This document shows, in pieces, positions 20,256 through 29,100 of a DNA stretch of 35,502 nt. The stretch is from Verrucomicrobiota bacterium. GTDB taxonomy: Bacteria; Verrucomicrobiota; Verrucomicrobiia; Verrucomicrobiales; DEV007. The stretch spans positions 1-35,502 of the forward strand of contig JASFYY010000077.1 of the NCBI GenBank assembly GCA_045046875.1, read 5' to 3'. Position 1 is the stretch's first letter; every line of letters begins with the position of its first letter. The notes below the pieces were generated by a model that worked only from the letters and a program-made list of their open reading frames with translations, was not told the DNA's origin and did not search any database. Made by a program: the position numbers and the translations under genes.

Positions 20256-20340
20256 CTCGGGTCGTGCAAATTGTTAAATAAATATCTCCTCAATCCGTTG
20301 TTTTGGAGCGTGTATCGGCTCCTTGGATCGAGGGGTGCGT

Positions 20341-20368
20341 AATCTATGGAGAACTTGGGCTTTGTCAA
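20341..20368 (-). promoter_or_regulatory. Putative sigma70 promoter for rpmH
   Basis: Minus strand TTGACA-N16-TAGATT. Confidence 0.5.
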
Positions 20369-20507
20369 CGGCATCTGTGAGGAATTTGGAGATAGCTCAT
20401 TTTTGGGTCAAGGAATACGGCTGAAATGGATAAACATTTGAAGTTATAGGCGTTCTGAGGCAAGTTGGAGGCACAATATTTTTTTTTATCCGACGGGAAG
20501 TTTCAAG

Positions 20508-20984
20508 GTGAGCGAATCAGTAACAACAGAAAACCAGACTCGTATTGAACCGGCAACCCTTGAGGATCTGCCGGAATTGGTCGATATGGTGATGGAGTTG
20601 TTCACTATTGAGAAGGACTTTGATCCAGACCGGACGAAGCAGGAGCGGGGATTACGCTCGATTTTGGAGCAGCCTAGCCGGGGCAGGATTTTTGTGGTGC
20701 GCACCGATCATCAGATCATAGGCATGGTGAACTTATTGTTTACTATTAGCACGGCGATGGGGGGATTTGTGGTTTTGATGGAGGATGTCATCATTCATCC
20801 GGATCACCGTGGGCAGCGTTATGGGACCCAGTTGATGGATTATGTGATCGATTTTGCCCGCAAGAAGGATTTTCTCCGCATCACTCTGCTGACGGATGAG
20901 ATCAGCGAGGAATCCCAGCGCTTTTTCAAGAAGATCGGTTTTGAGCATTCGCATATGATCCCGATGCGCTTGCCGCTCGATTGA
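20508..20984 (+). CDS. GNAT family N-acetyltransferase
   Basis: IEPATLEDLP start; acetyl-CoA motif A VIIHPDHRGQRYGTQLM; QRFFKKIGF. Confidence 0.92.
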   Translation: MSESVTTENQTRIEPATLEDLPELVDMVMELFTIEKDFDPDRTKQERGLRSILEQPSRGRIFVVRTDHQIIGMVNLLFTISTAMGGFVVLMEDVIIHPDHRGQRYGTQLMDYVIDFARKKDFLRITLLTDEISEESQRFFKKIGFEHSHMIPMRLPLD

Positions 20985-21161
20985 GGTTTCATGGAGGCTT
21001 TGTCGGGCTTCCGCATTCCGGTTGCGTTGCAGGAGACTTGACTATAAGGTTGCCGCCTTTAAAAAATCAGACTTAGGTCGTTGCACAGAATTGCGTTTTG
21101 CTTGAATGGGAATGGGGCAACACAGGTTGGTTACAATTTTATCGAATTAAAATATTTTATC

Positions 21162-22910
21162 ATGGCTAAAGAGAGTGTTGAAGAAATTAAGCGCAAGAGC
21201 GTGGGATTGCGTGGTGAGATTGTGGAAACGATTGTTTCCGGAGCCAGTCACTTTGAGGACGCTGAATACCAGCTGTTGAAATTCCACGGTAGTTATCAGC
21301 AGGATGACCGGGATCTCAGAAGTGAGCGCCGCAAGGCTAAGCTCGATAAAGCCTGGTCGATGATGGTGCGTAGCAAGATGCCTGGTGGCCGGATGACAGC
21401 CAAGCAGTATCTGATGCACGATGAAATGATCGATCGCATTGGCAATGGCACGATGCGTTTAACGACTCGTCAGGGCATCCAGCTGCATGGAATTTTGATT
21501 GGAGATCTAAAGGAGGTGATTGATACCATCTGCAAATCCGGTCTGACCACTTATGGGGCCTGTGGAGATGTGGTGCGTAATACCATGGCGCCAGCGGCGC
21601 CGGTGGACAGTGTGGCCTACCGCGACGCTCATGATTTGGCCAGTGAAATCACCGAGCTGACTTTGCCAAAGTCGAGCGGTTACGCTGATATCTGGTTGGA
21701 CGGGGAAAAGCTCGAGCCGGTGAATAAAGACGAACTCGAGGTCGAGGAAGACGAGATGTATGGCAAGGACTACCTGCCGCGTAAGTTCAAGATAGGTATC
21801 GCCATTCCACCGAATAATGATGTGGATGTTTACACTCATGACCTCGGTTTGGTGCCGCAGCTGTCTGAAGATGGATCGCAGGTGGAAGGTTACACTTTTC
21901 TCGTGGGCGGTGGATTTGGCATGGGGCATGGCAAGACGGAAACCCGTCCGGTATTGGCCAAGCCACTCGCTTATGTGCCTCGCGCACATGTGATTGAGGT
22001 GCTCAAAGCGGTTATTCAAGTTCAGAAGGAATATGGCAACCGTAAAGATCGTCGCATGGCACGATTGAAGTATGTGATCGAAACTTTTGGTATAGCGTGG
22101 TTTTTGAATGCGGTTAAAGAACGTTATGACGGACCTTTACAGGACCCCAAAGAGTTCAGCTTTGACTCGGTGAGCGATCACTTGGGATGGCACGAACAGG
22201 GCGACGCCGAGGGGCTTTTGTTTCGAGGCGTGTATGTCGCTCAGGGACGGATTCATGATACGGAGAAAGTTCGTGTGCGCACGGCTTTCCGCGAGATTGC
22301 GGAGAAGTATGAATTGCCGATGATCGTCACGCCGAACACCAATTTGATTCTGCATGACATCAAACCTGAGAAAAAAGATGAAATCGAAGCTTTGTTAAAA
22401 GAGCACGGTTTCGCAGATGAATCGGGGTTCACGGATATGCGCAAGGTGGCTCACGCCTGTGTGTCGATGCCTACTTGTGGTCTCGCTTTGGCTGAAGCCG
22501 AGCGGGTATTGGATGGGCTGTTGGACTCGGTGGATGAAATTTTACGCGACTTGGGACTTGATGATGATCAGTTGCTGATTCGTATGACTGGTTGCCCTAA
22601 TGGCTGTGCCCGCCCTTATAACGCGGATATTGCTTTTGTCGGTCGTGGTCCGAGGAAATACGCCATGTATGTGGGGGGATCGAGTTCAGGTGATCGTTTG
22701 GCCGGGTTGTATCAGAAGACTATTGAGTTCGATGATATCGCACCAAAGATCCGAGTTATCCTTCAGGACTTCGCCGATAACCGAGAAGATGATGAGCGCT
22801 TCACAGAATACTGGGAACGCACTCAGGCCACGGGTGAGGCACCTGGACCCGATCATTTTCACGTTGAGCTCGCTGAGCGGGCTAAGCGGGTTAAAGGTGG
22901 TTCGATTTGA
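21162..22910 (+). CDS. Assimilatory sulfite reductase hemoprotein (CysI/Sir family)
   Basis: LKFHGSYQQDDRD, RLTTRQ, GACGDVVRN, YLPRKFKI; siroheme/4Fe-4S ligands CVSMPTC and GCPNGC. Confidence 0.93.
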   Translation: MAKESVEEIKRKSVGLRGEIVETIVSGASHFEDAEYQLLKFHGSYQQDDRDLRSERRKAKLDKAWSMMVRSKMPGGRMTAKQYLMHDEMIDRIGNGTMRLTTRQGIQLHGILIGDLKEVIDTICKSGLTTYGACGDVVRNTMAPAAPVDSVAYRDAHDLASEITELTLPKSSGYADIWLDGEKLEPVNKDELEVEEDEMYGKDYLPRKFKIGIAIPPNNDVDVYTHDLGLVPQLSEDGSQVEGYTFLVGGGFGMGHGKTETRPVLAKPLAYVPRAHVIEVLKAVIQVQKEYGNRKDRRMARLKYVIETFGIAWFLNAVKERYDGPLQDPKEFSFDSVSDHLGWHEQGDAEGLLFRGVYVAQGRIHDTEKVRVRTAFREIAEKYELPMIVTPNTNLILHDIKPEKKDEIEALLKEHGFADESGFTDMRKVAHACVSMPTCGLALAEAERVLDGLLDSVDEILRDLGLDDDQLLIRMTGCPNGCARPYNADIAFVGRGPRKYAMYVGGSSSGDRLAGLYQKTIEFDDIAPKIRVILQDFADNREDDERFTEYWERTQATGEAPGPDHFHVELAERAKRVKGGSI

Positions 22911-22999
22911 GGAGGGTGGACATTGACTTCGTCTGTTCTAGGCTCCTGTCCGGCGTTTTCATGAAGTTGCGGCGGGTAGGAAAACCCGCGCTCCTGTGG
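22911..22999. repeat. REP doublet (REPIN-like) copy A
   Basis: 89 nt, 83/89 identical to 23635-23723; two inverted GGAG-headed hairpins. Confidence 0.9.
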
Positions 23000-23001
23000 G
23001 A

Positions 23002-23647
23002 TTAAAACCCGTGGGAGTTGTTAATATTTTCGTATAGGAGGTATTGGCTTTTGTGAAGATGGGCTTTGCCTGAGTTATTGCGGATATATTCTAGGCATTT
23101 TGCGAAATGCCTAGAGTTTCTAATCAAGCGATCCCAATAGTCCTCTTGCCAGAGCGAGCCCTTGCTTCCGGTTAGGCGGGTGATATGGTTAGCAGTGAAA
23201 CCCTTCCAGGATTTAATAATTTGAGGTAGGCGGTGTTTCTGTAGAGGCTGGAACAGAACGTGGATATGATTGGGCATGATCACGAAGGATGAGAGCTTGT
23301 AACGTTGTTGATCAAAGTAATGGAATGCGTTTGCTATAATATTGGCTAAACGCGGTTCCTGAAGTAGGCAGGATCCGAAGCCTTGATCCAGCCAATCATT
23401 GATTTGGCTGGAGAAGCGTTGGTGGTATTCTTTTTCGCTTGCGGTGTCCCAGGGGGCGGGGTGATGTTTCATCCAGATTTCGCGCTCAGCTTTCCATGAA
23501 TTGAGTTTTGACACAGGCAATGAATCAGCTAAACGCCAGGTGACAAAGATGAAAACCTCGCCTTGCTGCCAATGCGGAAGATGGCGTTTGTGCTGTTCGA
23601 TAGCCTCGCGTGGATCGAGAAAAGCGGAGCGCTGGGAGAGCGGACAT
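23002..23647 (-). mobile_element. REP-associated tyrosine transposase (RAYT, HUH/Y1), 5' end frameshifted or non-canonically initiated
   Basis: In frame upstream of the listed TTG: FLDPREAIEQHKRHLPHWQQGEVFIFVTWRLADSLP; HUH motif IMPNHIHVL; WKGFTA; LWQEDYWDRLIR; Tyr motif EYIRNN; flanked by REPs. Confidence 0.9.
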
Positions 23648-23723
23648 TGACTGCGTCTGTCTTCGGCTCCTGTCCGGCGTTTTCATGAAGTTGCGGCGGG
23701 TAGGAAAACCCGCGCTCCTGTGG
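23635..23723. repeat. REP doublet copy B
   Basis: Direct repeat of copy A; overlaps the out-of-frame RAYT ATG. Confidence 0.9.
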
Positions 23724-23799
23724 TGCGTTGTCCGGCATGTTGACAGGATATGAGGAAACGATGGTATGTGGCAATAATAATTGAGGATTATTCGCCAAA

Positions 23800-23864
23800 G
23801 GAGAGCGGACATTTCTGTCCGGTGTTTTTCTGAGCTTGCGGTGGGTAGGAAAACCCGCGCTCCT
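23800..23864. repeat. REP doublet copy C (uninterrupted form)
   Basis: GGAGAGCGGACA-TTTC-TGTCCG ... GTGGGTAGGAAAACCCGCGCTCC; lacks the 20-nt loop insert of A and B. Confidence 0.88.
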
Positions 23865-23907
23865 TTTTGGTGGTCAAAATTGTAAACGGATAGATATTGG
23901 GGGTTCC

Positions 23908-24963
23908 ATGAACAAAATATCGCTTCCGTTTAAAGTTCACTCCCAGGCATTGGATGAGTTTATGAGTCGTCCCAGCCAGGCGGTGTTGGAGAGTTTGCAA
24001 GCTAGTGAGGGCGATGTGCTGGTGCTGGGGGCTGGCGGCAAGATGGGCTTACATGTGTGTTTGATGTTGCAGCGGGCTTTTGAAGAGTTACAGGAGTCAG
24101 GCGGGGCAAAGCGGGAAGTGATTGCGGTGTCGCGTTTTGGTGGTGAGGGCGCTCGCGATGTTTTTGAGAGAGAAGGGCTGCGCACGATTGCGGCGGACTT
24201 GTGCGATCAACAGCAGCTCGATACTTTGCCGGATGCACCGTCGGTTATTTTTCTGGCGGGGGTGAAATTCGGCACATCCCACGATCCGGACTTACTGAAT
24301 AAAATGAATGTCGAAATGCCGGCTTTGGTGGCTTCGCGTTTTCGGAACTCGCGAGTGGTTGCGCTTTCCACCGGCTGTGTGTATTCTTTCACAGCTTGCA
24401 AGTCAGGTGGTTCGTCGGAGAGCGCGGGGGAGGTGAATCCGACGGGGGATTATGCCCGTTCTTGTTTGGGAAGGGAGCAGGCTTTTGTTCAAGCAAGTGA
24501 GCAGTGGGGGACGAAGTGTTCCCTGATTAGGCTGAACTACGCGATTGATCTGCGCTACGGAGTGCTGCACGACATCGCACAAAAAGTGATCGCGGGACAG
24601 CCGGTGGATGTGAGCATGGGTTATGTGAATCTCATTTGGCAGCGTGATGCGATTGCTCATTGCATCCAGGCATTGAATCATGCAGCGTCGCCTGCCTTTG
24701 TGCTTAATGTGACGGGATCGGAAATTTTGTCGGTGCGGGATTTGGCGATTCGTTTTGGTGAGGCATTGGCAATGGATGTGGAGATTGAAGGAGAGGAAGC
24801 CGAGTTGGGCTGGCTGAGCGACTCCAGCAAAGCGTGTGAACTTTTTGGTGAACCGGAGGTGTCGATTGAGCAGATGATCGAGTGGACGGCGGCCTGGTTG
24901 CAATCCGGTGGAGAATCGCTAGGCAAGCCGACTCACTTTGAAACCCGGGACGGGAAATACTAA
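23908..24963 (+). CDS. NAD-dependent epimerase/dehydratase (extended SDR)
   Basis: VLVLGAGGKMG Rossmann motif, LAGVKFGT, STGCVY, YARSCLGRE, IRLNYA; start moved to the ATG at 23908 because the longer ORF begins inside the REP. Confidence 0.88.
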   Translation: MNKISLPFKVHSQALDEFMSRPSQAVLESLQASEGDVLVLGAGGKMGLHVCLMLQRAFEELQESGGAKREVIAVSRFGGEGARDVFEREGLRTIAADLCDQQQLDTLPDAPSVIFLAGVKFGTSHDPDLLNKMNVEMPALVASRFRNSRVVALSTGCVYSFTACKSGGSSESAGEVNPTGDYARSCLGREQAFVQASEQWGTKCSLIRLNYAIDLRYGVLHDIAQKVIAGQPVDVSMGYVNLIWQRDAIAHCIQALNHAASPAFVLNVTGSEILSVRDLAIRFGEALAMDVEIEGEEAELGWLSDSSKACELFGEPEVSIEQMIEWTAAWLQSGGESLGKPTHFETRDGKY

Positions 24964-24972
24964 TTTTATATT

Positions 24973-26019
24973 ATGACAGATTTACGCAAACAACTGTTGC
25001 AAGGATTGGTGATTCCGGCTTTGCCCCTGGCTTTGAATGGGGACGGCTCCTGGGCGGAAAAACACCAGCGAGCTTTGCTGCGCTATTATGTCGATGCGGG
25101 TGCCGGTGGTTTGGCGGTCGGGGTGCATTCCACTCAGTTTGAAATCAGGGAGCCGGAGTTTGGATTGTTCGAGCCAGTACTGCGTTTGGCGAGTGAAACG
25201 CTGGATGAGTGGTTGGGGGCGGATGGGCGACGTTTTCTGAAAATCGCGGGGATTTGCGGAGAAACCAAACAGGCTTTGCAGGAGGTGGAACTGGCGCGTG
25301 ATTTTGCTTACGAAGCGGCGCTGTTGAGCTTGACTGCGCTGAAAGAGCAGTCGGAAGATGAGATGGTGCTGCATTGTGAACAGGTGGCGGACGAGATGCC
25401 GGTGATTGGTTTTTATTTGCAACCTTCGATTGGCGGACAAGTTTTAAGTTATGACTTTTGGCGACGTTTTTTTGATATCGAGAATGTGGTGGCGGTTAAA
25501 ATGGCACCCTTCAACCGTTATTATACATGGGATGCCGTGCGAGCTTTGATGGATTCGGGGCGGGAGGATGTGGCTCTTTACACGGGCAACGATGACAATA
25601 TCATTGTGGATTTATTGACGCCGTTTTGTCACCAGGGGCGGACAAAATATATTGTCGGGGGTTTGCTGGGACAGTGGGGGGTGTGGACCGAGCGAGCGGT
25701 GCATTTGTTGGAGGGTTTGAAAAAAGAGCGTGAAGCAGGGGGTAAGATTGATTCCCGGTGGTTGAGCAAAAATGTTGAGTTGACTGATGCCAACGCGGCT
25801 GTTTTTGATGCGGCTAATGGTTTTGCCGGCTGTATTCCTGGCATCATGGAGGTGTTGAGACGCCAGGGATTGGTGCCTTCGAATCGTTGTTTGAATTCGG
25901 ATGAAATGTTGTCACTGGGTCAGGCGGAGGAATTGGACCGGGTGAGCGCGGCTTATCCTTGGTTGGTGGATGATGAATTTGTAGCGGAGAATTTGGGGAG
26001 GTGGTTGCAGGGGGAATGA
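24973..26019 (+). CDS. Dihydrodipicolinate synthase/N-acetylneuraminate lyase-like class I aldolase
   Basis: VIPALPL, GGLAVGVHSTQF, FYLQP, Schiff-base Lys in VVAVKMAPF, YTGNDD. Confidence 0.88.
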   Translation: MTDLRKQLLQGLVIPALPLALNGDGSWAEKHQRALLRYYVDAGAGGLAVGVHSTQFEIREPEFGLFEPVLRLASETLDEWLGADGRRFLKIAGICGETKQALQEVELARDFAYEAALLSLTALKEQSEDEMVLHCEQVADEMPVIGFYLQPSIGGQVLSYDFWRRFFDIENVVAVKMAPFNRYYTWDAVRALMDSGREDVALYTGNDDNIIVDLLTPFCHQGRTKYIVGGLLGQWGVWTERAVHLLEGLKKEREAGGKIDSRWLSKNVELTDANAAVFDAANGFAGCIPGIMEVLRRQGLVPSNRCLNSDEMLSLGQAEELDRVSAAYPWLVDDEFVAENLGRWLQGE

Positions 26020-26052
26020 GGTTGACCGCGGATAACGCAGCCGACCGAAGGG

Positions 26053-26085
26053 AGATAGCCGGAGGAAAGTATCCGAAGGCAAATT
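26053..26085 (+). repeat. 33-nt dispersed intergenic element, copy 1
   Basis: AGATAGCCGGAGGAAAGTATCCGAAGGCAAATT, 29/33 identical to 35418-35450. Confidence 0.75.
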
Positions 26086-26134
26086 AGCGCGGATGAAGAA
26101 GGGGGGAATATAAGAGGTCTCTCGCAAAGAGAAT

Positions 26135-29100
26135 ATGAAAATGAAGAGTGGAACAATGATGAGGAGAGGAGCTATGTTGCTTGTTTGCACGTATTGCATA
26201 CTGGCGGCAAATGCGGGTGAGAATTTGCTTCGCAACGGAGGTTTTGAAGATCCGGATGTCAAAGCTTGGGAGGCGCCGGAGCAGGTGGGCATCAAGGTGG
26301 TCGAGGTGGTCGAGGTGGTCGAGGTGGTTGGGGCATCGGGGAAACGGGCGTTGAAGGTAGAGTGGACGGATGTGGTGGCTTTTGAGAAGTGGGCTCAAAA
26401 GGGAGGGTTGTTGAAAAATGCGGGAGATGTGTTGAAGGCTCCTTTGTTGCGCGATACCCGCTACCGCTTGAGTTGTCGCATCAAGGTGGAGAGCTTCGAA
26501 GTGTCGGAGGAGGCGAAGGCTTATTTGAAAAGCATGCCCAAGGGGCAGTTCGATCCGGCGACAATAGTGGTGGGAGCGCATGGAGGTCACTGGAACAGTG
26601 GCATGCCTTTCATGGCCTACGATATTTCCAAATTGGGGACTTGGCAGGATTTGCAGAGTGAGTTTGTGACTTCGTATACGAAGACCAGTGGTTTTAATTT
26701 TTTTCTTGATGCCTACCCGCATTATCGACCGCCGATGAAATCGAGTGGGGTGTTATACTTGGATGATATTGTGGTCGAAGCGGTGAAGCCGCGGGTGGGT
26801 TTCACAAGAGTTAAGACGCCGCCAAAAATTGATGGGGATCTCAGTGATTGGTGGCAGACCAATCCGGTGGTGATCACGCGGGACATGGTGGTGAGTGGGG
26901 AGGAAGCGGAGAACCGTAGCGCTTCGGGCATTGTTTATACGATGTGGGATGATGAGAAGTTATATGTGGCGGCGAAGGTGATTGATGATGAGGTGGGAGA
27001 TGAGGATGCGTTGATCATCACTGTGGATGGGAAAAAATTTGTGATCTCTGCAATGAAGGATTCTGGAGAAGGGATTGAGGCGTTGGTTCGCAGGGAAAGT
27101 AAGTTGGGGGCTACGACTAACATGTACCGTATTGTCTCGCAGTATGGAGATGCGGTTGATGGCTTGGCGGGTTATGTGGTGGAAGCAGCGATTCCTTATT
27201 CGGGTAAAAAACCGCAGCAGGTGGCATTTGAGATTCGAGATGTGGATGCAGGCAAAGAGGCGAGAGTCTTGCGTTATCCGCGGGTGAAGGGTGAGGGGGA
27301 AATGGCGGAGGCGGCTTACGCGAATGCAAAGGGGGAACTCAGCGGTGGGGACTATCCGCTGTTTGCGATCACCGATGCGGGCAATCCGCGGGGTCGCAAA
27401 CGGGTGTTGGCGGTGAAGAGTGTGGCGAGTCATGCAGTGGATCGTTGGCAGAGTCTTGGTTATCCGATTGCGAATTTCAAAAAAGGAGCATCGAAGGATG
27501 CAGTGATTTCTTGGACAACGAATATGCCGGCGACGGGTTTCATAGAAATAGGTGAAGGTAAATCGTATGGCAAACGGATCGAAGCGGTAGATGCAGTGGG
27601 AGATGAGAGCGGGACGGTGATGAGGGTGATTTTACGTGACTTGAAAGTAGGTAAGAGACTTCATTACCGAGTGGGAGCAAAGCCGCTTGATGGTGGTGAT
27701 ACAGTATTTAGTAAGGATCACCAATTGAATATTCCGCTGGTTTGGGGATCGCGGATTGGCATGGTGGAGGTTCCGTTGACTTTGATTTCATTGGATACCT
27801 TGCCAGTACAGTTGGGACGTCACTCGGTGACCAGCGGTGTGCCGTTTCCCAAGGGGTTGATGCCTAACGGGGGTGCTTGGACTTTGCTGGATAGCGAAAG
27901 AAAGGAAGTGGATGCGCAGTTTTTGCCGACCTCAAAATGGCCAGATGGATCGGTTCGCTGGCTGTTGGTCGATTTTATGAGTGAGGGAGAAGTTGGTGCA
28001 AAATACACATTAAGGTCAGGCCCTACGGAGAATATTCGATATACGATAGTTCCACCGAAGCTATTGGTGGAGGATGCCTCTGATCGGATCAAGATCGATA
28101 CCGGTGCGGTTCAATTTGAGATCAGTAAGACTGATTTCACTCTCTTTGATGTGGTTCGCAAAGGGTATCGGGGGATAGCGAGTGCTGGGCGCATGGTGAT
28201 GGTAGATGATGATGGGGTGGAGTATGTGGCGCGCAAACCCGATGTGGTCGAAGTAGAGGAATCGGGACCAGTGCGAGTTTGCATTCGGGTGGCGGGTCAG
28301 TATGTGAATGCCGAAGGGGAACCGTTTTTTGACTATGAAGTTCGGTATCATTTTCACACAGGCTCAAGCACGGTTCGAGTGAATCACAATTATACCGCTC
28401 GTTTGAAAGAGCGCATCGATCCTGCCGAGGGCAAATACCGCCCAAGCAATCCCCTGCCGGTGAAGATCCGTTCGATGTCGATGGAACTACCACTGTTGGC
28501 TGCAGGAGATGGCAAAGCGAGAGTGGGAATCGGCGGGCAACAAGTCGGAGATTTTGTGATTGGTAAGGATGGTTTGGAACTGAGACAGAAATATGAAAAT
28601 GAAGCTTTCATTGGTGGTAAAAAAATCACTCGCCCCCCCGGATGGATGGAGGTCAATGGAGTGGCGGCGGGGGTGAGGCAGTTTAGCGAACTGTATCCCA
28701 AGGCGCTGTCAGTGCGTTCACGGGAAAAAGACAATCTGCTGCGCATCAGCACGCTACCTCCCATAGAAGAGGCAGACTATCCCAGTGAAGAGGGCTCGAT
28801 TGAGGATTACGTCTGGGGTTATTTGCGTGGTGGTCGTTACCGCTTGCGTCGCGGTGAAGGCCGTAGCCACGATGTGATGTTTGATTTCAATGTGAAACCT
28901 CAGCATATCGCAGAAGCTGGTGCCCGCTTGGTGGCTCAGCCCTTGTTCGCCGCCGCGTCTCCGGAATGGTATTGCAACAGCGGAGTGATCGGTAAGGTGC
29001 AGCCAAAGGATGAACGCTACGCCGATTATGATTTTGCTTTTAATCAAGGGGTTGCCCAGATGCGCAAATCGCAGCAAGCAGAGCCGTTTTTTGGTAAGCG

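Noticed and set aside
21078..21098. Sigma54-like TTGCACAGAATTGC before the sulfite reductase gene
   Set aside because: Lacks the invariant GG and the spacing is one base short.
22911..23864. Three repeats as a possible CRISPR array
   Set aside because: Units are 65-89 nt, irregularly spaced, flank a RAYT, and no cas genes are present.
23525..24000. Short minus-strand ORFs (95, 89, 70 aa)
   Set aside because: Mostly translations of REP sequence; only MSALPALRF is relevant, as the possible RAYT start.
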